A DNA stretch of 29,113 nucleotides, taken from Oscillospiraceae bacterium (GTDB lineage: Bacteria > Bacillota > Clostridia > Oscillospirales > Ruminococcaceae). The position numbers and the translations under genes are program-made. The stretch lies in contig JAFSHJ010000072.1 of the NCBI GenBank assembly GCA_017440425.1, forward strand, positions 1 through 29,113, read 5' to 3'. Shown here in pieces: positions 9,486 to 16,483 of this stretch. How positions within the stretch are numbered: the stretch's first letter is position 1; each line of letters opens with the position of its first letter. The notes under the pieces are model-generated. The model had not been told where the DNA came from. It made no database searches and was given only the letters and a program-made list of their open reading frames with translations.

Positions 9486-11075
9486 TTAGGGAAGGAGATA
9501 CCTTGCGCCGGGCAGCGACACCACATATCCGTTTATCTCGAGCTCCGACAATGCTGCTGCAAGCTTATCCACCCGCACATCCAGCTTTACCGAGAGCTCA
9601 TCCATTCCTATGGGAACATCAGACATCTCTTTGAGAACCTTTCTTGCCACATCCGAAAGTTCATCCATCTCCACATCGAAGAAGTCGTTTTCCGCTTTTT
9701 CTTCTTTGGGGATAACTTTTTCCGTTTTGGCAGGAGGTTCTTCCGTTTTTTCAGGCACCCTGTCTATTCTTCTTATAAGAGGCATTTCGCTTCTCTTCTT
9801 TTCCTGAGCAGCAACTTCCTGCTCCAGCATTTCATCGTTGAACTCTTCAAAAGTAATGACAGTTCCGCCGTTGATACCTCTTTGTGTTTTTATCTTCTTT
9901 AAAAATCTGCTGAACTTTTTGGTTCTTGGGTCTGCGGCATACTGCGGAGCCTCCGGCCAGCCGCTTTCGGGAAGCATTACACGCACACCGATGGGAGGCG
10001 TTGCATTCCAATCGCCCTTATAGTCATAGCTGCCGCTGTATGAGGAGTCTCTCAGTTTTTCTTTTTCTCTCACCCATTCGGGTTCGTCAAAATCCTGCGG
10101 TTCGTTGTCTCCGTCCCACGCAAGATATCTGTCGTCCCATATCTCATCACCCTGTTCGGGTGCATTGTCCTCTTTTTTGCTGTAATATTCCAATATTTCC
10201 TTTGCGCCGGAAACTTTCACCGCGCCACGTGCCGCAAGCACACGGCAGCCCTGAAAATCTCCGATGCTTTTATCGTCATCGATCATATCCAGCACGAACA
10301 CGTCTCTGCGCTGACGCTCCGCATCCTTTGCGGTGATGAGTGCGCCGCTCTTGCCGCCTGCCTCGACCACAACGATGCCGGATGACATACCCGATATTAT
10401 GCGGTTGCGCTGCGGAAAATTCATTGCCTTGGGAGGTGTGCCGGGAGCATACTCCGAGACCACCGCACCGCAGCTTACAATTTGGCTGAAAAGCTCTTTG
10501 TTGCTTGCGGGATAAACTCTGTCCAGTCCGCATCCCACCACAGCCACGGTGGGTCTGTTTACGCTCAGGGCAGCTTTTGCCGCCGCTGTGTCTATTCCCT
10601 CCGCAAGTCCGCTTACCACGGTGGCGCCGCCGAGAGACAGCTCTTTGCAGAGCTTTAAGGTTGCATTCACCGAATGATGAGAGCATTTTCTGCTGCCCAC
10701 CACACCGATCATCGGTACTTCTTTTGCTTTGGGCAGCACACCCTTTATATATAATAACGTGGGTGCGCCGGTGATGTTTCTCAGTTTTTGCGGATAGAGG
10801 CTGTCTGTAAGTGTGAGCAGCCCCAAATCAAGGCGGTATGCCTTTTCCAGAATGCGTTTTGCATCATCCAAAGCCGCATCGCTGAAGCTGTCCTTTATTC
10901 TTTCCGCTTTTTCGTTGGAGAGCCTGATGAGACCTCTCCTGCGCATTTCGTCTATCACGGCTTCGCCCTCATCAAAAAACTCACGGGGTTCACCGTATTC
11001 CTCTATGATGGCGCGACAGTCAAACCCGGGTCCGAAGGCTTCCGCAAGCCACACCCAATACAACCAGTTTCTCAT
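9486..11075 (-). CDS. dprA: DNA-processing protein DprA with an unusually long internal linker
   Basis: YPQKLRNITGAPTLLY, VVGSRKCS, VSGLAEGIDTAA, FPQRNRIISG, EAGGKSGALITA and a C-terminal winged helix. Lies upstream of topA as usual. Confidence 0.93.
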   Translation of the reverse strand: MRNWLYWVWLAEAFGPGFDCRAIIEEYGEPREFFDEGEAVIDEMRRRGLIRLSNEKAERIKDSFSDAALDDAKRILEKAYRLDLGLLTLTDSLYPQKLRNITGAPTLLYIKGVLPKAKEVPMIGVVGSRKCSHHSVNATLKLCKELSLGGATVVSGLAEGIDTAAAKAALSVNRPTVAVVGCGLDRVYPASNKELFSQIVSCGAVVSEYAPGTPPKAMNFPQRNRIISGMSSGIVVVEAGGKSGALITAKDAERQRRDVFVLDMIDDDKSIGDFQGCRVLAARGAVKVSGAKEILEYYSKKEDNAPEQGDEIWDDRYLAWDGDNEPQDFDEPEWVREKEKLRDSSYSGSYDYKGDWNATPPIGVRVMLPESGWPEAPQYAADPRTKKFSRFLKKIKTQRGINGGTVITFEEFNDEMLEQEVAAQEKKRSEMPLIRRIDRVPEKTEEPPAKTEKVIPKEEKAENDFFDVEMDELSDVARKVLKEMSDVPIGMDELSVKLDVRVDKLAAALSELEINGYVVSLPGARYLLP

Positions 11076-11109
11076 TTGACCGTCACCTCCATCTATATAT
11101 AATAGTATA

Positions 11110-11928
11110 TTATCTTTCTTCCATCAGTTTATATGTAAGTATAGATGCCGCTGCTGCCGCATTCAGCGATTCTGCACGGCCCCGCATCTCTATCTTCACA
11201 GTTTCGTGGCAAAGTTCAATTATCTTTTGAGGCAGACCCTTGCCCTCGTTGCCGATGACGACTGCGCTGCCCTTTTCAAAGTTCACCCTGCCAAGGGGAA
11301 TGCTGTTATCGGACAAAGCCGCCGCATACAGCTTTATCCCCGCATCTCTCAAGCCACAGACAACTTCTTCGCCCTCTCCACCGATCATGACCGGAAGATG
11401 GAAAAGACTTCCCATTGTGGAGCGAAGCAGCTTGGGGCTGTAGATATCGGGGCAATCTTTGGTGAGCACCACCGCGGTGACGCCGAAAGCATCGCAGCAG
11501 CGTATGATGGTGCCTATATTTCCGGGATCCTGCAGGGAGCACAAAAGAACATACTTCCCATTATGATCCATATAGTCTATTTTATCAGCGAAATTGCGAT
11601 TGTCAAGCATATCACACAAACAAAATACGCCCTGAGGGGACTTGACATCGGAAATTTTCGCCGCAATACTCTCCGAAATAACAATATTCCTTCCGCAATT
11701 TGCAGCAATCGCCGCCAGTTCTTCGGAATATTTTTTAATTGCCGCATCGGTTGCAAGAAGCACCTTGACCAAACCTGCCGATGCCGCTTCGGAACAAAGC
11801 TTTATACCCTCTGTTACAAACGCTTGTTGCTCATATCTGTCCGCTCTGCTGTCGCAAAGCTGTTTGAGCTGCCTTACAAGCGGATTATCTCTGCTTGTAA
11901 TGTTTTCTTTAAACATTTCTGCCGTCAT
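11110..11928 (-). CDS. TrmH/SpoU-family RNA 2'-O-methyltransferase
   Basis: ITSRDNPLVR, LQDPGNIGTIIR, LLRSTMGSLF, IGNEGKGL, ESLNAAAAASI (SPOUT motifs). Confidence 0.92.
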   Translation of the reverse strand: MTAEMFKENITSRDNPLVRQLKQLCDSRADRYEQQAFVTEGIKLCSEAASAGLVKVLLATDAAIKKYSEELAAIAANCGRNIVISESIAAKISDVKSPQGVFCLCDMLDNRNFADKIDYMDHNGKYVLLCSLQDPGNIGTIIRCCDAFGVTAVVLTKDCPDIYSPKLLRSTMGSLFHLPVMIGGEGEEVVCGLRDAGIKLYAAALSDNSIPLGRVNFEKGSAVVIGNEGKGLPQKIIELCHETVKIEMRGRAESLNAAAAASILTYKLMEER

Positions 11929-11965
11929 ATATTTTTCGTCTTTCTTTTTGGATTTAAAAATTCAA

Positions 11966-12000
11966 TAAACGACCGAGCACTTAAAATACCCGGTCGTTTA
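11966..12000 (-). terminator. Probable intrinsic terminator after rplT
   Basis: Inverted repeat TAAACGACCG...CGGTCGTTTA followed on the minus strand by TTGAATTTTT. Confidence 0.6.
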
Positions 12001-12084
12001 TAATGATACGAAAATATATCTGCTGTGACAACGCACCTGCGTGTCTCTGAATCAGTTGCTAACCGGAATATCAGATATTCTTAA

Positions 12085-12438
12085 TCAGAGAGCAGCCTTA
12101 GCCTTTTCTACGAGTGCGGTAAATGCAGCCGCATCATTGATAGCGATCTCAGAGAGCATCTTGCGGTTGAGTGTGATGCCGGCCTTCTTGAGTCCGTTCA
12201 TGAATGTGGAATAGTTCATTCCGTTTGCACGGCAGCCCGCAGAGATACGGGTGATCCAGAGGCGACGGAAATCTCTCTTCTTAAGTCTTCTGCCGATGTA
12301 AGCATACTGACCGGATTTCATAACTGCCTGTTTAGCAACTCTAAACAGTCTGCTCTTGCTGCCATAGTAACCCTTGGCAAGCTTCAATACCTTTTTTCTT
12401 CTCTTATGCGCCATAGTTGCGCGCTTAATACGTGCCAT
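12085..12438 (-). CDS. rplT: 50S ribosomal protein L20 (bL20)
   Basis: MARIKR...[16 protein letters not shown]...[13 protein letters not shown]...[11 protein letters not shown]. Confidence 0.98.
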   Translation of the reverse strand: MARIKRATMAHKRRKKVLKLAKGYYGSKSRLFRVAKQAVMKSGQYAYIGRRLKKRDFRRLWITRISAGCRANGMNYSTFMNGLKKAGITLNRKMLSEIAINDAAAFTALVEKAKAAL

Positions 12439-12494
12439 TACAATTCTCCTCCGTTGTAGGTGTTTTCGCCGACGCCTTGCGTGGCTTTTTTTCC

Positions 12495-12695
12495 TTATTT
12501 CTTGTTGGGAAGCAGAGCCTTTATAGCCATTGTGTTGGTCTTATCGGCATAAACTACCTTACGAAGTCCGCGCTTACGCTTGGTATCCTTCTTTGTAAGA
12601 ATGTGGGATTTGTAAGCATGCGCACGCTTTACCTTACCGGTTTTAGTAAAGGAGAAGCGCTTTTTTGCGCCGCTGTGGTTCTTAAGCTTAGGCAT
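12495..12695 (-). CDS. rpmI: 50S ribosomal protein L35 (bL35)
   Basis: [36 protein letters not shown]; located between infC and rplT. Confidence 0.98.
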   Translation of the reverse strand: MPKLKNHSGAKKRFSFTKTGKVKRAHAYKSHILTKKDTKRKRGLRKVVYADKTNTMAIKALLPNKK

Positions 12696-12770
12696 TTGGT
12701 AGTCCTCCTGTTAATAATTTCCTGAATAAAGGGCAAATTTCATCGGCTTCCGCCGTGTTTATTAGATAAC

Positions 12771-13301
12771 TCACTCGCGTCCTTGCTTCAAGCTTTTGGG
12801 TGTAAGAAACATAATCATGCTGCGGCCTTCCATTTTGGGCAGTTTATCAACGGTTCCGGAATCCGCACAAGCGTTTGCAAAACGCTCCATCAAACCTTCA
12901 CCAAGCTGCTGATGTGCCATCTCTCTTCCTCTGTAACGCAGTGAAACCTTCACCTTGTTGCCGTCGCCCAAAAATCTCAACGCATGGTTTACCTTTGTGT
13001 TGAAGTCGTTGGTATCGATATTGAGGGAAAGACGAACCTCTTTGATCTCGATGACTTTCTGGTTCTTTTTAGCTTCCTTCTCACGTTTAGCCTGCTCGAA
13101 GCGGTATTTACCGTAATCCATGATACGGCAAACCGGCGGCACAGCCTGAGGAGCGATCTTTACCAAATCAAGACTTTTCTCTGCTGCCAGATGAAGTGCA
13201 TCCTTTGCGGACATGATTCCCAGCTGGGATCCGTCTGCATCTATGACGCGTATCTCCTTGTCCTTGATCTCCTCGTTGATAAGCAGTTCCTTGTTGCTGA
13301 T
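12771..13301 (-). CDS. infC: Translation initiation factor IF-3 (non-canonical ATC start)
   Basis: The track ORF starts at 13214, but the frame stays open upstream (ISNKELLINEEIKDKEIRVIDADGSQLGIM) to an ATC at 13301-13299, 7 nt after GGAGGTG. Contains PPVCRIMDYGKYRFE and KVSLRYRGRE. Confidence 0.95.
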   Translation of the reverse strand: MSNKELLINEEIKDKEIRVIDADGSQLGIMSAKDALHLAAEKSLDLVKIAPQAVPPVCRIMDYGKYRFEQAKREKEAKKNQKVIEIKEVRLSLNIDTNDFNTKVNHALRFLGDGNKVKVSLRYRGREMAHQQLGEGLMERFANACADSGTVDKLPKMEGRSMIMFLTPKSLKQGRE

Positions 13302-13332
13302 AGCTCAACACCTCCATAGCTTTAAAGCCAGT

Positions 13333-13470
13333 TAAATAAAAAATAATACGCGAACGATATTCCCGTCCGCGCACAAATCAATACCGCCACAGCACAACTG
13401 TCTGCAGCAAACATATTGACCATGCACGTTATCCGTAAAACGGCAGGTGGGAACAATCCACTTTATTGTC
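13333..13470 (-). promoter_or_regulatory. L20-leader-type transcription attenuator upstream of infC
   Basis: About 165-nt 5' leader between a consensus promoter and infC, with an AAAGTGG...CCCACCTG segment. It ends in hairpin GCGCGGACG-GGAATAT-CGTTCGCGT (13348-13372) plus a U-rich tail. The position matches the Firmicutes L20 leader; no covariance model was run. Confidence 0.7.
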
Positions 13471-13476
13471 TAAAAT

Positions 13477-13505
13477 ATTATAACACCCATTGACCTCTTT
13501 GTCAA
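13477..13505 (-). promoter_or_regulatory. Consensus sigma-A promoter of infC-rpmI-rplT
   Basis: TTGACA-17 nt-TATAAT with extended -10 TG. Confidence 0.85.
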
Positions 13506-13547
13506 TAGGTTTATTGCTGTTTTTTCAACTATTTTTCGCAATTTTCG

Positions 13548-13600
13548 GTCAGGATACGGACGGCGGAGTTACAGCCTCGCCGCCCATCCTCACTCTGACA
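13548..13600 (-). ncRNA. Candidate small structured RNA or stabilising 5' hairpin (unassigned)
   Basis: GC-rich long hairpin AGGAT-GGGCGGC-GAG-loop-CTC-(C)-GCCGTCC-GT-ATCCT in an AT-rich intergenic region, directly downstream of a TTGATA-17-TATAAC promoter. Confidence 0.35.
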
Positions 13601-13629
13601 GTTATAGCACATTTTCGGTATAATATCAA
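13601..13629 (-). promoter_or_regulatory. Putative sigma-A promoter driving the intergenic hairpin RNA
   Basis: TTGATA (13629-13624)-17 nt-TATAAC (13606-13601) with TG at -15/-14. Confidence 0.5.
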
Positions 13630-13632
13630 GCT

Positions 13633-15090
13633 TTATCGGATATATTTTTCTCCGCAGGCGGGCAAATCGGTGAATGGGTCGTTCGCTGTGCCGTAGGCAT
13701 AGATGCGCTTTGGCACCTGAGTGTTTTCCATGCCTGCAATGACATCGAAATATTCGGGAGCAACGCCCTTCTCACACCACAGCTCCATAATGCGGTACTG
13801 ATAGTCGTACACGTCTTTTTCTTTGTCCAGCACTATGTTTCCGTTCATCACGGCATTGCCGTTGAGGATCATATTGCATCTTCCGTGGTCCTGTCCCGGC
13901 ATTATAAAACATCTCGCCTGACTGTATATTTTATCGAGACCGCCTGCCTTTTCCGTAACTCTTCTGTAATAATCCATCGTGTTGTGGCTGGGCACGATGG
14001 GATCCACCGAGCCGGTGAGGATGAACAGCTTGCCGCCGCGGTCAAAGAAGGGAGAGAGGTCGGTATCGTTTGCGTTCATATCGCCAGCCAGCTCTCTGTC
14101 CACTTCATCCATGTCTGCGGCAAAATCGAAATCCGTTCTGTTGAAACCCTTGCCAAAGGTCCAGATAAATGGATACATATGTGGAGTATCACGCTGCATC
14201 TCCAGCACGCCCACCTGCTCCGCACCGATGGGTATACCGTTGTATATCTTCTCGCCGGTGACAGGGTTGACGGGTCCGATATACATTTCACGCAGGGCAT
14301 TGCGCTTTGCCTCTGGGAGTTCGTGGTAGTTCTCCTTCAGATATCCGATGAAACCGTCTATATATTCGTCATCACAGCAAATTCTTGTTACAAACTTGTC
14401 TTCGGGGTCGCTGTTTCCGTTGTCTTTGCTGTATTCCACGGCTTTTTCTGTTATAACGTCTATCTCCGCCTGCTCAAAACGCACGTCATATTTTCTTGTT
14501 ACCACATAGCTCCAAAGGAAATAGGTGTGTAAGTGTGTGCGGTTGTTTGCAGGGGCACCTGCCCAGATGGCATCGTAGCATTCGGGACATCTCTGTGCCA
14601 TGGCAAGCGACTGCTGTCCGCCGGTGGAGGCGCCCATAAAATAGGAATAGTCCGGCTTTCTGCCATAGTATTCTTCAGTTATCATTTTGCCGACGATACT
14701 CATTATATATGTAGCTCTCCAGCCGAAATCGCGGGAGACATCACGGTTGTCTATGCCGCTCTTCACACCTTTTGACGTGCCCATATCGGTGTGTGCTACC
14801 GTATATCCCTCTTTTGCTCTGTAAACAAGGTCGGGATAGGATATGGCCCCTGCCATACCTCCGCTGCCCAGCCCCAAAAACCTGCCGTTCCATGCATCGG
14901 GGAGCCACAGCTCATGGCAGCATCTGCCGCTGCCGAAGCGTGTGGTGAGCATTATACGCTCTATTCCGGGCAGATCTTTACGCTCAACGCCTCTCGGGTC
15001 AACAAAGTCACCCTCGATCCGCTCCGTTTTTATCTCGGTGTTATATTCTTTAAGTGCCGCTCTGAGTTTTTTCAAAAGTTTCGGATCCAT
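13633..15090 (-). CDS. Tannase/feruloyl esterase family alpha/beta hydrolase (MHETase superfamily), no signal peptide
   Basis: ELWLPDAWNGRFLGLGSGG, TDMG, YSYFMGASTGGQQ (nucleophile Ser), YDAIWAGAPA, GGKLFILTGSVDPIVP (Asp), MPGQDHG (His). Start ATG 15090 is 6 nt after AGGAGG. Confidence 0.88.
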   Translation of the reverse strand: MDPKLLKKLRAALKEYNTEIKTERIEGDFVDPRGVERKDLPGIERIMLTTRFGSGRCCHELWLPDAWNGRFLGLGSGGMAGAISYPDLVYRAKEGYTVAHTDMGTSKGVKSGIDNRDVSRDFGWRATYIMSIVGKMITEEYYGRKPDYSYFMGASTGGQQSLAMAQRCPECYDAIWAGAPANNRTHLHTYFLWSYVVTRKYDVRFEQAEIDVITEKAVEYSKDNGNSDPEDKFVTRICCDDEYIDGFIGYLKENYHELPEAKRNALREMYIGPVNPVTGEKIYNGIPIGAEQVGVLEMQRDTPHMYPFIWTFGKGFNRTDFDFAADMDEVDRELAGDMNANDTDLSPFFDRGGKLFILTGSVDPIVPSHNTMDYYRRVTEKAGGLDKIYSQARCFIMPGQDHGRCNMILNGNAVMNGNIVLDKEKDVYDYQYRIMELWCEKGVAPEYFDVIAGMENTQVPKRIYAYGTANDPFTDLPACGEKYIR

Positions 15091-15136
15091 GATCATCCTC
15101 CTCGTTCAGCCCTTTTTCAGGTATATCTGCGCTTTA

Positions 15137-15165
15137 ATTATATCATTTTCTTTTTTGCGCTTCAA
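15137..15165 (-). promoter_or_regulatory. Sigma-A promoter of the esterase gene
   Basis: TTGAAG-17 nt-TATAAT with extended -10 TG. Confidence 0.7.
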
Positions 15166-15191
15166 CCGTCAACGTTATTTTCCACATAACA

Positions 15192-15216
15192 AAGAGACCG
15201 CCGAAAGCGGTCTCTT
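15192..15216 (-). terminator. Intrinsic terminator after the HTH gene
   Basis: Perfect 10-bp stem AAGAGACCGC-loop-GCGGTCTCTT followed by TGTT on the minus strand. Confidence 0.7.
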
Positions 15217-15238
15217 ATGCATATATCAGTTGATTTTC

Positions 15239-15664
15239 TCAGCACAAGGTCTCTTCGTTTTCCGCAAAGAGCTTGTCGTTTGTCTCAAACAGGTTAAGAC
15301 CGTGGACAAGACCGTAAATTATTATTGCATCGCGCTTGAACTTGGGATAGAGCAATGCCAATCCGCACAGCTTCAAAAGATCCTGCGCCTCCTCAAGCGA
15401 TACCTGAAGTCCGAAACAAAGGCACAGCAAACGGTTGCGGGAGGGACATCTTCTTCCCGCAAAAATCTGGTAAAGATATATTTCACTCATTCCCGACTGC
15501 TTTGCCAGCATTGCCTTTGAAATATCTCTTTTGTTAAAAAGCTCGTTCAGCACATCGGGGATGCTCTCATTCACAAACACGTCCTGGTTTTCAGCAAGAA
15601 ATCCATCCAAATTAGGAGAATCCATCAGCGCCTGTTGCAAGTCGTCGGTGTTTTTCCTTTTCAA
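15239..15664 (-). CDS. XRE-like helix-turn-helix protein
   Basis: ISKAMLAKQSGMSEIYLYQIFAGRRCPSRNRLLCLCFGL resembles a Cro/C1 HTH. TTG start after AAAGGGG; divergent from the kinase gene. Confidence 0.8.
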   Translation of the reverse strand: MKRKNTDDLQQALMDSPNLDGFLAENQDVFVNESIPDVLNELFNKRDISKAMLAKQSGMSEIYLYQIFAGRRCPSRNRLLCLCFGLQVSLEEAQDLLKLCGLALLYPKFKRDAIIIYGLVHGLNLFETNDKLFAENEETLC

Positions 15665-15675
15665 AATACTACCCC

Positions 15676-15729
15676 TTTACAAAAAAAGAACAATCTTCTA
15701 TAATTATATCACTATATAATATTTTACAA
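15676..15729. promoter_or_regulatory. Overlapping divergent promoters (kinase operon on +, HTH gene on -)
   Basis: Plus strand: TTTACA (15676-81)-17-TATAAT (15699-704). Minus strand: TG-extended TATAAT at 15708-15703. The two -10 hexamers overlap by 2 bp. Confidence 0.55.
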
Positions 15730-15770
15730 TTTTAAAATGATAAAAACAATATGCTGGGAGCATAGGAAAA

Positions 15771-16483
15771 GTGGAAAAAATAACTATTTATGATAATTTT
15801 TTAGAATCTCTCGGTCGTGAGTTCGATATTTTGAAGGAACTCAAGGCGGGATTGCGCGGCAGCGTATCCGTTGTGAGGCACAAACAAAGCGGCAGCAAAT
15901 ATATTTTCCGCCACTTTGCGGGAAACGGAGACGTCTACAAAAAGCTGCTCATCGTTGCATCCCCTCACCTGCCGCAGATAATGGAGGCCGCCGAGCAGGA
16001 CGGCAAGGTTATTGTGCTGGAAGAATTTGTACAGGGAGACACTTTGGATTTTATTCTTGAAGGCGGTCTTCTCACACCTGCCCAGGCAAAAAAATTATCC
16101 TTAAGCTTTGCTCCGCACTCCATATCCTCCACTCCTTCGGGGCTGTGCACCGCGATATCAAGCCCGAAAACATCATCATCTGCGGCGGCAATGCCGTGCT
16201 GATAGACTTTGATGCCTCCCGCATATTCAAAGAAGAGAGCGAGACCGACACGCAGATTTTGGGCACCACCGGCTTTGCCGCTCCCGAGCAATACGGCTTC
16301 TCCCAATCCGACCCAAAAGCCGACATCTATTCTCTCGGCATTTTGCTGAACGTTATGCTCACCGGCAAGCACCCCTCCAAAGAGCTTGCAAAAGGCAGAA
16401 TGGGACGCATTGTTCAGCGCTGCACCATGACCAACCCCAAAAAGCGTTTTAAAAGCGTGCTCCACCTGATGGAGATGCTTTGA
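15771..16483 (+). CDS. Stand-alone Hanks-type Ser/Thr protein kinase split by a -1 frameshift at an A7 tract (error, pseudogene or recoding)
   Basis: N-lobe in ORF 15771-16202 (HLPQI...VLEEFVQGDTL); C-lobe in the -1 frame (KLCSALHILHSFGAVHRDIKPEN, LIDFD, LGTTGFAAPEQ, DIYSLG). Adding one A at 16088-16094 gives a continuous 237-aa kinase. Confidence 0.88.

Noticed and set aside
13548-13610. Resemblance of GACAGTTATAG and GGATGGG to the FMN riboswitch 3' end
   Set aside because: The two fragments are on opposite strands, the conserved 5' and central FMN elements are absent, and there is no riboflavin gene downstream.
15771-16483. Kinase as an Stk2-like anti-phage abortive-infection kinase
   Set aside because: No defence-island neighbours and no extra phage-sensing domain are visible; the membrane-protein context favours signalling. 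Not excluded, but unsupported.
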